This document shows positions 1-13,324 of a stretch of DNA of 64,000 nucleotides, in pieces. The DNA comes from Bugula neritina (lineage: Eukaryota; Animalia; Bryozoa): assembly GCA_964035545.1 (NCBI GenBank), contig OZ037767.1:25374628-25438627 (forward strand), read 5' to 3'. Both the position numbers and the translations under genes were made by a program. Below the pieces are notes generated by a model, which saw only the letters and a program-made list of their open reading frames with translations, was not told the origin of the DNA and searched no databases. Every line of letters begins with the position of its first letter. The first letter of the stretch is position 1.

Positions 1-53
1 AAAAACATTTAAAATCCTGTTGAACTAAAATTTCCCAAATAATTTCTGAGTGT

Positions 54-318
54 AAGTTATGTGCTCCTAGAGTATGTAGTGAGAGTTATGTGCTCCTAGA
101 GTATGTAGTGAGAGTTATGTACTCCTAGAGTATGTAGTGAGAGTTATGTGCTCCTAGAGTATGTAGTGAGAGTTATGTGCTCCTAGAGTATGTAGTGAGA
201 GTTATGTGCTCCTAGAGTATGTAGTGAGAGTTATGTACTCCTAGAGTGTGTAGTGAGAGTTATGTACTCCTAGAGTATGTAGTGAGAGTTATGTACTCCT
301 AGAGTATGTAGTGAGAGT
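54..318. repeat. Minisatellite, 29-bp unit (GAGTTATGTRCTCCTAGAGTATGTAGTGA), about 9 copies, in a CCDC150 intron
   Basis: Visible 29-bp periodicity (GTGCTCC at 61 and 90); near-identical units. Confidence 0.95.
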
Positions 319-355
319 AGAAATCACATTAGTTGACTGATCATAACTCAAACAC

Positions 356-3300
356 CTTCAACTTAGAAGCTTGCTTAGCCTTTTGCTTAAGTTTCTGTTC
401 CACATCGGATAATTCTTGCTGCAAACAATTAACTTTCTCCTGCAGAGTCTCGTTTCGCTGACTCAGGTTGGAAACTTCTGTTTTCAAAGAGGAGTTTTGC
501 TGCAACAAGCTGCTGTTTCTTTCCAGAATGTTCTCTGTCTCCGTCTGAACCTTCAATTATTGAGGATGTTCAGGAATGCTAGACTTCTAGTATACTAATA
601 CAGCCCTATGATATTATGCCTATCACATTGTACTGAGCATATCTTTCTCAACAGCAAAACTATTAGTAACAAGTTGTGCAGCATATGGTAACGACAAAGT
701 TAGTACATGCATATTTACAAACTGAGTGAGTAAAGTGTATGTGTCAAGATTCTCTCAGCAATGAGTGATTGTGAAATAATGATTAGCATGGAAAGTCAAC
801 AAAGTGTAGGATAAAAGAGTGCAAAGCACATATTGAAAAGGCATAGTGAAGAATTCATAGTGGGAGGATAGAGTAAAAACTATATAAAAGGGCAAAGAGC
901 AACTGAACAAAATGGTAGCTCAGAATACAAATTTACAGTAAATGTGTAGAGAGGCTGTAGAGAGAATTGAATCAGAGTGTATAACCAGAGTAAACAATGA
1001 GACTGCAACATGAAAATAGATAAAATAAGAGAATCCGACAGAAAATAATAGAAATGTACAGTATAAAGTGTAGAGTCACCTAGAAAATGAGAATGTATTC
1101 TATAGATATAAGCTAAATAGTAGCAGCATAGGAAGAATGGAGTGTCAAGACAGACTGTATAAACATGATTACATGACTTACAGTTCGTAGCTGGTCTTCC
1201 ATTCTCTGATAAGCCTTGTCTCTCTCCTTGCCTATTTGACTCTCTAAATCTGAGATCTTAGTGAGGTAAGACGATTCCTGTTGCTTCATTTTACTCTCCA
1301 CCTCTTTGCTGCACACATAAAAACGCTCAGTGTTTGTAACAAACAGTAACGGTAACGGCGAAATAGTCTAAGAGCACTTCATGCTTGTATATATGAAATA
1401 ATACAGTACCAAACAGCTAGCAACTACTGCATGTTAACTGATTATATTATAGAGCTCAGTGCAGTATGCTAACCTTTTAGAGGAGAGCTTATTATTTTCT
1501 GCCCTTTGCTTACAAAGAGTTTCTTCTAGGAGAGATACTTGAGCTCTGAGTTGCTCATTGAGCTCTAGAGTATCTTGCAGCGTGCGGACAAGTTTGGAGT
1601 TGTCCATTTTTACAGATTTTATTTCTCTTTCTATATTTTTCGTCTAAAGTAATATAATGTGAATGAGCCACTTATCTAGAGATAAACACTAATTCTGTAA
1701 TGTTGGCATATAAAAACATAAAAAACAAAGATTTCTATAATTAAAAACCACATAAACATATAAAGAACTCAATTATTTGAAATTGTCTAACGGCTTTAAA
1801 ACTCTGTGCGAAGAACATGCCTCACAAGTAAACAGATTGAGACATTCAATTAACATATAAGCTAACATACACATAGTTTAGTATACACAGGGAAGTACCT
1901 GACAAGACTGTTTGCTCTCCAACTCGCTGAACTTATCAGATACAGAGTCAAACTGACCCTCCACCTTCACAAGTTTATCTTGAAGTTTTTTCCTAAACAA
2001 AAATTATACGAAATATTCTACATAAGTACTCACCAGCCAATCAGTTTAAGTTATGATAACAAAATGCCGCAACTCACAAGTTTCACGTTGGATGTATCTT
2101 AATTGTTGAAAATTGGCTGTAATCAACCAAACAACAAAACTCTGCTAACAAACTTTACCTTTCTTTTTTCAACTCATTCATCTGAGAGTCTCTCTTACCA
2201 AGCTCAATCTGCACAGTCTCATATTTACACTGTAACTCCGTATGCAGAGCCATCATGTTTTCCAGAGACTCGGCTACTTTAGAGTTGTCTTCTCGTAGTT
2301 TCTCTTCCACTTCAGTCTTTAATTCTTCCTATTAAATAAATGATGATTGGGTTACAAGAGTAAGCTGTCAATTTTGCAATTTGTTATTCAAATTGTGATT
2401 TAATATGAAATGTATGCTACTTTTAATTGATTTGGGAAATTGGGTTAATTACTATTAATTATTGTAGAGTAAAGCTAAGTAAAATTTGTTATGGTAATTA
2501 ACCACAACCTTTAAATCATAACCAATATGGCTGTATAATTGAAATAACTATTTTGAAATTGTTAAATCTATTTTCTCCAATCAAGACTTGAAAATTCAGT
2601 AAGCAAGTTAATCAATATGAAAGAAAAAAAACTTGATGCAACTGAGGCTGCACCAAGTAATTAGTGTGAAGAAAACATTCAGAACAACAAATGATGATGA
2701 ACAACAGTTTCCTTATGCAAGCTGAAAGATTAGTTTCTACTAAGAGGTAACATCTTGAAATTCTATTAAAAGAAGCAATTTAGAAGAAAAACAATACAAT
2801 TCTGTGAGAAGCCAGGAAGAGTCAGCAAATACAAAAGACCTGCTGCTGAATGGCCTCTTCCAAACTCTCCACTCTGGAGGCAAGAATCTTCGCATCCTTC
2901 AGGGCTTCGTCTCTCGCTCTTATTGCGGAATTGAAGTCTGTCTCTCTCAGTTCAGACGTCGTCTGCAACTGCTGTGACATCATTTCCGCCTGAGTCAGAG
3001 CCTGCTTGGAGTTACTCAACTCTTGTTTCAGCTGTAATAGGTGACGGATACTGCATATGCAATATGTAACTTGAAATCTGTCTGGCTAGGCATGACTTAA
3101 CTGCTTCAAAGCAATGACAATGATTTACAATTTTGGTACTCAACTATTCAAATTACATCAATAAAATACAAACTGTAGCTAACAATTACTGTATTTTACT
3201 GACAATTTTTACAACAAAACTCTAGTTTAATAAATATGAGTATATTATTCAACTAAATCTATTTTATAAAGAAACAGACAATGAAATATGCAAATTATTT

Positions 3301-6300
3301 TAACAAATAGTTTATTGTCTTCACTTGCAGCTAACTCTCTACATATATGTGAGTGGAAAGAGATTTTCAAAATCTAATCTGCACATAGCAACACTTTGTT
3401 AAACTTGTAATCAGTTGACACTATTTATAGCTGTTAGAAAAGCAGGATTTAAAAATTGAAATTTATTGAGGTTACCCATGAACATAAACCACAAAGGTTA
3501 ATTACTGCTTTAGGTTTGGAAGCAGCTTTGTCTTACAACAGAATATTACTTTCTAGGAAACCACCATGACTGCGACAGCAAAGTTTGACAAGCAAGTTGC
3601 TAACCTTTCGTATTTTTGTTTCGGCTTGCTTCAGGTTTTTCTGAACCTTCTCCACGTCTCTATGATTAGCCTTGGCTGAGGTCAACTCGCTCTGTAGCTG
3701 TTCCACTTCTGACTGTAACTTTCCGTTCTCGTAAGACAGTGTGTTCTTCTGTGAGGTTAGCTCTGCCAGATGTCGATCAAAGTGAGTGAAACTTGTCTGT
3801 ATGAAATGAGTTGATAGAACATACTAGATTAGATACGCATGTCTTCAAACAGCCAAGTCCAGCTTGTAAACTATTCAATTTCTTTTTCTTAAAAGTTATC
3901 AACAGCAAAGGGTAAAACGCCTGTAAGACTTGCAGTTTCATTTGCCAGCAAGTGAATCATTGTTGATACTCTTTCAAGACTTGGAGGCCATTCAGGGAAA
4001 TATGAACAGTACAGACTAAATGCAATCGTGTGGCTGCATAACTATCTGCATTTTTACACGTGACAAGCAAATACAGAGTAAGAAAATCGACTAGCTCACT
4101 GTTACAATTTGGCATTGCCTCCACTATAGAGGAGATAACCTTGGGTGCAATGATTCAGTTACAACCATGTGCTTATCTCAGAAGCAGCTTTGACATTGCA
4201 GACATGTGTTTGTAAAAGCTTCTAAAACTAATACTAAGCAAATAATTTATTTATTAGTTGATGTGACATAAGATATTATTGATAACATATTGATTACAGT
4301 TCAATAGTATTTATACGTAAAACAGATATCTAAGCATTGAGAAGAAATAGAAAAACAGTCATCAATATATGTAGCCAACAAACCTTAGAGTTTAGTGTCT
4401 GCATTTCCTGTTCCAGTTCCTTTGACCTTGACTTTTCTTCTTCAAGGTCATCAACAGCAGCAGCAAGTTTCTGTTTGTATGATTCTATTTCAGCCTGCAA
4501 CTCACTCCTTTCCCCATCCATAGCATCTACTGCACCGTTTACCTGCATTCAACAGTTGCGTAGGTAAATAGAAAGTTGGTAAACCATTCTTATAACAAAA
4601 CCCTCAGTCTTTTAAAAACTTATCAAACCACGTAGCTGAAAGTAAACAATACTGCTTGGCGTGAATTTGATTTAAATTTAATATCTTTAACTATCAGAAT
4701 TTTAAATACCAACAGTGTAGCCTATCATACCTCAGTTAGGATATTTTCTTTCTCCCCTTCTAAAGACAGAAGTTCAGATTTGAGGCTAGCCAGCCTGTCT
4801 TGGAGTCCACCAATCATGGCAAACTTAGACTCAGCCTCTTTGTCCGCATTCTCCTTCAGTTCGTTGAGCTCTTTCTCCATTTCCTGGCAGCTAGCCTCCA
4901 GTTCCTCAACACGCTGGGTTAGAATCTCACTATATTCACAGATGCAATACTTTGAAACAGATGTGATTGAGTAAGAGTAAGTTTGTGTTGAGTAAGTATA
5001 TAGAGTAAGTATTTTGAGTAAGTGTATAGAGTAAGTATATAGAGTAAGTATTTTGAGTAAGTGTATAGAGTAAGTATATAGAGTAAGTATTTTGAGTAGG
5101 GTCTCAGCTGTAGACTAATGGAGACGTGTCAGGTGTGTTAAAAGATAAAGTCAAAGAAACTTTAGCTTTTAAATTTAATGAGAGCTTACAAACTAAAAAC
5201 GTCTTCATTATACTTAGAACTTTTTACATTATTAAGAAATTAGCTATTTACTCAATTTATCTGGAGACAAGACATTAGAAAAATAGATTGCGTGATACAG
5301 GAAAAGTGTAGTTGTAATTGTGAAGACAAACTTATTTTTAATGATAACTTTTTTGAGAAGTTTATCACTCTTACAATGTTTCGGCATCCATTTTAATTGT
5401 ACAAATAAACAAATCTAAGAATTAGACTGCAAATCATGAAATGCTGGATAAAAGACACATTGTAACACATTGAAACAAAACTATGATTAAATACAAAGAC
5501 TTGTCACTCACTTATCAGATATTGCTTCATCTCTTCGTTTGGTCATGTGACGAAGTTGCTGGCGGACATCAATGAGGCGTGCAGTCTCATCGTTAGCCTG
5601 AGCTCTTATCAACTCTTCAGTTAGTCGGGTGTTGTCTGCATTTAGCTCATCTATCTTAGCATTCAGCTTGGCACACTCAGCCTCAGCTTCAGCTTTGTCT
5701 TTCTGTAAGATTAAAAAGAAAATTCCACTATGTATGATCTGTTTTCTTTTCAAGATTGACCAGCATTTAAACCATACTTGTGGCAATAAAATCATCATGT
5801 TGTTCAAACTAAATGTGTATTTTAAGTCAACTCGTAATTAAGTAGTAAAACAAAAATATTCATTTTTATTTCAAAATGCAAAAATCAATACAGTAACAAT
5901 ACAGTATTTATCAACTTTAAAACCAGTGACTTAAAAAGTAGAGCAGGAAATTTAGGATAACCTAGACTTACTAGAACAGCACAACCAGCCATGGAGGACA
6001 ACTAGAAGGGTAGGTAAAGTACACATGTCACTTCCTCACCTGATACTCCCCAAACAGGGACTGCATAGCTTCCAACTGCTGATTGAGCTCAGCATATTTC
6101 TCATGAACTGTGCTAATATCCGAACTTACTTTCGTCTTTTCCTGTTTCATCACTTCTAGTTCAGACAATCTAGTTTCTAGCATATTCCAAAATAAAACAT
6201 TTTTTACTAGTAGACCATGTTTATGTTACTGATATACCTATCATACATTATGGACGGCAGTTTAAACACATGATATCATCAAAATATATTTTGAGCTTAC

Positions 6301-9300
6301 ACCCAGACTCAAAGGGAAATATGCCTCACAACATTTCAGTTTCGTATAAAAATATTTAGTGCTTGACTATTATACAACACCAATGGAAGGAAACAGTGCA
6401 CAAGGGTACTTTTTCAGTTCTATTATCATTCAATAGCAGTTATGTTGTACCTATAGTACAGCTGCATGGCATAACAACCACTGAAATAATACAAGTCATA
6501 ACACAGTTTGTTTGAGATGAAAATCACAGCGGAGTTGCCTTCACTTCAGACAGCTGTGGAGTTGCCTTCACTTCAGACATCTGTGGAGTTGCCTGCACTT
6601 CAGACAACTGCCCATTCAACACAATTAGCAAACAAATAACTCACCCAATTCCTGACATACCGTCACCATCTCCTTCTCTATCTGCTTTTTGTTTGACTTT
6701 TCATGTTTCAGTTCATCGCACTTTTTGCTGAAATCTTTCTTCAGTTTAATAAAGTCTGACGTAAAATTCTGATTCTGAAAAAGTGCTTGACTAATTCAAT
6801 TAAAACTCTAGATATTACTTGAAAGTGAGGCCAGATGAACTCAAGCAATTTTTGCGTAGAAAATTATTTCACTTCAATGAGAACACCTTTAAACAATTTT
6901 GAAGTAAGAAATTATTTAGGTGATTGAAATAAATTTTAAAGTGAATGGTCAAGCTAATAGGCGCAATTAAAATTTATATTTACAAAAATATTGGCAGGAA
7001 AACAATAGCCCATAATTGTTGAAAACAATTTTTAAGAGCTTTTCAAATATCAACAGCTAAGTTTTATAAAATAATATAATTTTGCTTCGCTCAATTATAT
7101 GAGCTACATCATAATTATATATTATAAACAAAAGTAAATATCTCTTTGCTTGAATAAAATGCTATGATCTTAGCACTACGAATCAAGATAGAAGTAGAAA
7201 ACAGAATAAATGTAGAGAATACAAAATTTAAACAAGAAATAACCTACTTCTATTTGCTCTTGTTTTAACAAGTTTTCTATTTCATCCAATCGTTGACCTA
7301 ATTCACTATTTGCTCTGTCAAGGGCAAACCTACAAATAAACAAAACAATTTCCTACATGCATGACTTAAGTTATCAATATGATATTTGCTGATCCAGAAG
7401 TACAACTACTAGCCATGTCACTAAAACTAGCGTAGCTTTGCTTCTGGCTATTTTACCAGCTCAAGTAAACTGTAAGCTGCTTGTCATCATTCAGCACTCC
7501 CCCTTTACCTGAGAGTAAAGGACTAGGTAGGGTCCTTCACATTAGTAAATCACTTTCACTTTTAATTTTAGTCTCATCTACTTTGAGTCATTAAAATATA
7601 AATTATATTTGCGAGGCTGAGATTGAAACTGAATCTGTTATCATTTTTATTTTATTCCACCAAAAACTAAAACCCGATAAGCTGAATAGACAAGTGAGAA
7701 TACTTTGACACATTTGTTCAAATAGTGTGAATAACACCACAGATTAATACCGTAGATGTCTCTCTTCTGAAAGTTGTCTGTCCAGTTCTGCTACCTTCTT
7801 TAACAGAGACTCCCCTCTATTTCTTTCCGCTATAATAGCATCTTCTTTCTCGTGCTACAATAAAACAAACACACAATGAGCTCAATGTGTGAGTTAAATC
7901 TATAAGATATTGGCAATCACTAGCCTTTAAAAATGTCAAGATAATGAAAATATTTCTTATTAACAGTTTTTTAACTACCTATAACTCTTAAATAATATGA
8001 TTAAATATTTTTGAAAGAATATTTTTTATACATTTTGAAAGGTTGCCTTCTCATTATTAATAAAGAATTTAACTCCAAATTTATGACTCACCCGCAAGAG
8101 TGAAGCCTCTTCCAATGATAGTCTAGCCTTTTGTAACTCAAGTTCAATGTGTTGCCTTTGCTCATTCAGCTCCTGCTTATCCGTTTTGAGATGGGCGTTC
8201 TCTGAAATGAAAAGTGACATTAGAGCATAGATGAGCATTATACTGTGGTAGAAACTTTATAATACTGCAGTGTGACTAAGCCTATTGTAATACTGCTTCA
8301 CAGCATTTAACTCAAGTACTGAATCGACTCAAGATGCGCAAGCTTCATTTGAACTAACTCAATTAAGGCTGATGAAACATCACAAATATTTTTGACAAAC
8401 TAGTCAACAGCCATCTAAAAACATTTTAGCAACTGGGCAAAGCAGTAATTTGATACAGTTGTTAGCAAAGAAATTTCAAGCGAAATTTACAGAACAAACT
8501 TGGTACAAAACAGTGTCAGTTTTCTACCAACTTTTTCACCTTTATGGAAGATAATAGCTATATAAATGAAGTACAGCAACCAAGTAATAATTAGAAATAA
8601 AACTAATATAATGTAACCCAGGTAAGAATATGTAAATGAATATTATATTTAAATTAAAAATAAACCTGCAGAAAGCTTCTTCATCTCCTCAGTGTAGATG
8701 TCTGTCATCTCTACAAGCTTTTGTTCCAAGTCGGAGGGCTGTCGGGTGAGTGTTGACAGATTCACAAAGTTTAGTTTCAAACTTTGCAGAACAGATTCCA
8801 TGCTCTGAGTCTAAAAGAATGCAAAACAAAAGTATAAGCTCAGGGCTAAAAGCCTAAGACTGAGCGTAGTAACTATTTGAAGAGAGTAGAGTAAAATACA
8901 AACAGCATGCAGGTTATAGCGGTATTTTGCTTTTAACTTTTCGTGCATAAAAACAAGGTATATATATTAAAATCATTGATCATATACATGTTTACTTAAG
9001 CAAACTTCATAACTTTTACCTTTGACAAAAGCAGAGAAAACCTATCTGTTGACCCTTGCTGACGAGCTGTAAGAATTTCCTACAAAGCAAACCAGAAATT
9101 TGAAAAAACAATTGTAACTGGCATATTATGATTTGTGTCTCAAGGTCACAACATGTTTAAATTGCGTATCATTAGAGCAAACGTTCATCCAGTTTTATGC
9201 TACAAACTAAAAATAAATACCAAATTACAACTTTAGACATAAAGTAAATTCGTAAATTATTATTAGACTCTGTCAACTACTCTATAACTCTGATCGACCA

Positions 9301-10376
9301 AACCAATCACTGGATGAGTTTGTAGTAAAATACAGAATTAGTTTTGGAGTCTTTATGATCATAACTTGTAGTAACATCTCATACTTGCCTTTGGTTAGTT
9401 ACTGTAACATTGTGCTTGGGTGTGAGCAACCTACTCTTCATTTTAACTTTACTGAGAGTTATGGCACAAACAGTAACACAAAATTGATTCTATAGCAAAT
9501 AACAAATCAAAAATCAACAGAACGTAAGTTCTGCTGAGTTTAACAATAGTAAATAGCAAATTGTAGTAACTTTAAATTTGAAACTAGATGTAACGTGAGC
9601 ATCCAAGACTATTGTTACATTTACTATTAGCTTTACACATAATTTTAGTCTTACCATTACAATTTAGATTGTTGTTTTCAGTTTAAAGGCTTTACTGCTG
9701 AACAGAGACATTCAGTATTAAAGTAAAAGTTAGTTAGTGACCAATAATAAAATAATAATGACTTTGACTTTTCTATTTAATTTTTATCTCATCTAGTTTT
9801 AGTCACTATGATGATTATTATAATACCAAAAAATTGCAAAGCTGAGACTGAGATCCAAACTGAATATGTTATCAATTTTATTTCAACAAAGAGTAAGACT
9901 AAAATGTAAAAAGTAAAGCCTAAATCAATTTATCAAGATTAAAATAGTTCATAACGGTGGAAATTGCTATAACTAAAACCAATATTCATAATCATAGTAA
10001 ATAAAATTAAATAGCTCACTTAGGCTTAGAATCAGTGAGTCTATAATCATAATCATAATGATAATGACCAATACAAAAAAGTAATAGTAATGTGATAGTA
10101 TTCACTAGTTTAGTAGTTAAGTAAAGCCTAAACTAAACGTAATTATTAATGCTAATAGTTATAGTAATGCTACGTTTAATACTAATACTTTATAACTGCT
10201 AGTTTTAGTAATACTAATAGTAATAGTTATAGTAAAACTAAATCAAAATGTAATCTACTTACTTTAGTGAGTTGGGTAGCTGAGTCCTCAACCTCTTCAA
10301 GTCGTGTTTGCATCATTTGAACAACATTTTTCGATACAGGAACAATCCCTCTGGGAGACCAGCTTGTAACTTCCAT
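356..10376 (-). CDS. CCDC150: Coiled-coil domain-containing protein 150-like; 18 exons seen, 3' end lies beyond the window start
   Basis: Approximate phase-consistent exons: 10263-10376, 9020-9079, 8666-8810, 8092-8201, 7751-7854, 7248-7329, 6645-6774, 6040-6176, 5511-5702, 4731-4929, 4384-4542, 3605-3796, 2839-3031, 2159-2328, 1899-1992, 1474-1643, 1182-1308, 356-~550. Blocks MESVLQSLKLN, KNTLSYENGKLQ and EDNSKVAESLENMMALHTELQCKYETVQIELGKRDSQ match recalled human CCDC150 blocks ([60 protein letters not shown]) in the same order. Confidence 0.88.
4969..5098. repeat. 13-bp tandem repeat (GAGTAAGT + 5 variable nt) with a 39-bp higher-order period
   Basis: GAGTAAGTATATA / GAGTAAGTATTTT / GAGTAAGTGTATA cycle about three times. 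Confidence 0.9.
6531..6610. repeat. 27-bp tandem repeat, 3 copies (GGAGTTGCCTTCACTTCAGACAGCTGT)
   Basis: Units start at 6531, 6558 and 6585. Confidence 0.9.
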
Positions 10377-10551
10377 AATATCAATTGACAGCTGACTATA
10401 TTTAAACAAAATTATTTAAGCTAAAAGTTAAAAATAGACAAAACTTTGAAGCCAAGCTATTTTAATTTTGTTTTGTGCGCCATAACAGGAAACAGAAGCA
10501 TGCTCGAACGGTATTGGATATTTTAGCGCCCTGACAACCAATTAGTTCACG

Positions 10552-10566
10552 GTTACTCTCAGTAAC
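10552..10566. promoter_or_regulatory. RFX X-box-like palindrome (GTTACT-CTC-AGTAAC) upstream of CCDC150
   Basis: Fits GTNRCN-N0-3-RGYAAC; about 180 bp 5' of the CCDC150 ATG, near a CCAAT box (10538). Confidence 0.4.
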
Positions 10567-12504
10567 AGTAAACACTACTGTTACCAAGATGCTGCTCATT
10601 GATTAACATAGAGTTATCCTTCCCTGTGCTTACAATCCTGTAGGCTAGCTGCCAGAGATTGCCAACATGTGACCCTTAAACCCCATATATAAATTCTATC
10701 TGCTGCATGTTTAAACTGCATTGTATATTAGGTGATGTGCAACATAATTAATACCAAGACGTGGCCAAAGTTATGGCAAAATAGAGTTGTGTAATTATGC
10801 CCTCTTGTCAAAATAATATTTACATAAGCACCTCACTAAATTTTAAACTAAGCATGAAGCAGTGCATTAAAGCAGTTAATTTGTACGTATAAATTTGCAT
10901 AAAATGGTGCTTAACACCTATATCTGATCTGGTATAGACAAGTTACATTTTCAAATTGCAGCTTATAATATTACAGTTTCACAGTTTATGGCCAGGCTAT
11001 TCTGTTGTAACTTTGTGATTATGTGTGTGGTTGTAATTCATAAACAGCCCACATAAATATAAAAAATTGTACTAAAATATATAAACTTTGCCATTACCTA
11101 AAATAGTATATATATACTATTCTAACTCGGTCCTGAGAATGTGGGTGAAAACAGTGTTTTTCATTCACATTGAGACTACACATGTTGATAAAGACAAAGT
11201 CTGTAATACATTTAGCGCAGTCTTATCTGTAACAGCCAAATTTTACTTTAGCTGATTGCTATTAGAGTAACTTCAACTCTTCAACCTAGCTGGTTTGAGT
11301 GTAGCTGCAGTACTATGCACTTGGTGAACTGTGAGCAGGATAGATATTGCTAATGAATGAAAAAAGAATGGTAAGTTTGTCTTCTGGCTATTGCTGCTGT
11401 CTCAAGTGCATGCTTTTGATTTTTTGTGTACATAAATTATTAGTTTCTTAACGATTTATGAGGAATATGAGATATAACTACTCGTATTTGAAATAAAAAA
11501 ATTGTTTCTGCAGTTATATTTTCAACAAACTGATGTTAAACATTAGAGTTATCTGCTCTATAATGACTGTGAGACAAGCTGCTACAACTCACTCGCTGCG
11601 AAAAATCAGCAGATCCGTTTCCGACGGGGAATCCCAAATTTAATGTTATGCCTATGCCTCTCCCAATGCCAGTCGTGATGGTGGGGATTAAGTTTAGGTA
11701 AATTGATCTGTTCTGCGTTCAGTGGCGTACTTTGTTTTTATTTACAACATTTGAATAGTTATTTTACTGAATGTTGATAATCATTTTGATGGTCAATATA
11801 ATAAGTATATAGGTAGCCAAAGTGAAAGTTGAGGTTAGCAACAAAAAATTCAAATGATAATCATAATGATAATGGATAAATGATTAATGGCAATGATTTG
11901 AAATCTTTTTTCAAACTTGTACAATCAGATTTGGTTTGAGCTTATTATTAGGAATATCAATATATGAATATCGACAATAGTGAATGCAATGATTACAAGC
12001 ACCATTCCACGTTACTTAGTTAGTTTTACTTCATTTGACTTTGAAAATAACTTTGTTAACTGCTTTTTTTTAAAGAATTACTATTAGTATTACTATTAGT
12101 GTTAGAATATAATTTTTAATAACTATAACACACTCAGCTATACTATACTATACTAACACTATCAGCTATACTTTCTGAGTGGAAATGCAGCTGAGTGAAA
12201 TAGATACTGGATATATAACTAACAGTCACTGAAATTGATACTGTGGTGATTCTTTTTGGATTTATCTTTCACCCAATAATACTACAATATTCATGTTGTA
12301 ATTATGATTGATTTAACTTTGAGAGATTTACTTGAAAAAGATAAACTGTTGGCTGCATACGAGTCAACAACTGATACTCTAGAGCCTAGATGTTTAGAAA
12401 CTGAAAGAGGTTAGTTGAAAAACACAAATATGAACCAGTTTTCATGAAATAACTAGTGAAACTGGCACAAACACAGTAGTAATGTACATGCTGCTGCAGT
12501 GAGT

Positions 12505-12910
12505 GTAGACACACCAAAGGCTTTCGACAAAATTTCACACGAACTGCCCAAGGAAACCTTTGTCAGAGATCCTACTACCAGGTATTGAAGATTACCTCTG
12601 TGACTGAATTCACAATCATCTTTTCAATAGATCACAAACATTTGTGCTAGATTCTGCTAAGTCAATCATTCTACCAGTGACATCAGATGTTCATGTTTTA
12701 CAAGGCTCTGCTCTGAAACTTTTATCATTCTGGGTATATGTTGATGACTCTCCCAATTACGTGTATCTTTGTACAGACAGCAGCTGATGCATCAAACTGT
12801 TGGTATTATAGATGGTGAAAGGAGCCATGTCAATCTAAATGCAATAAACATCTGGACTTACACTTGAGAAATCAGATTTAGCACTAAAAAATCTAAGTTC
12901 ATTGCATTTC
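12505..12910 (+). mobile_element. Decayed non-LTR retrotransposon (CR1/L2/Jockey-type) reverse transcriptase fragment
   Basis: Interrupted translation gives KAFDKISHEL...GIEDYLCD*IHNHLFNRSQ...LPVTSDV..QGSALKLLSFWVYVDD, matching the LINE RT blocks KAFDxVxH, WIxxYLxNRxQ and VTSGVPQGSVLGPLLFxxYxND; stops and indels present. Confidence 0.8.
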
Positions 12911-13324
12911 GGCTCCAAAAATATAGACATATATACAATGTGTAACATTTCAGCAACGTCTATGCATAACTATGCTATGATAATAATGCTTTAGTTATTG
13001 TATGCTTAGTCTTTCTGTTAGTATAAGTACTTGTTAAGTTTGTCTAATAAAAAATAAGTAAGATAATCTTCAGTCATATCAATCACAGTAAAATAACCGT
13101 GAGTCTTGTCAGCTAGCCAAAAACTTGATCCATTTCCCAAGAGCTAACCCTGTCTTTCTATAACTATTAGATAAGTAATAAATACTTGAGCGCCTATGTT
13201 TTTGACTGCCAGCTACCATATAATACATGTTAATGTAGTCAAGTTCATATTCAATAGTTTTGTGTTTACACCTATCAGCTAGTGTACTTTCTTTTAGATA
13301 ATCTGATGTTATTTTTAAAACAAG

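Noticed and set aside
7495-7545. Adjacent hairpins, possible hammerhead ribozyme
   Set aside because: No CUGANGA/GAAA core in the right arrangement on either strand.
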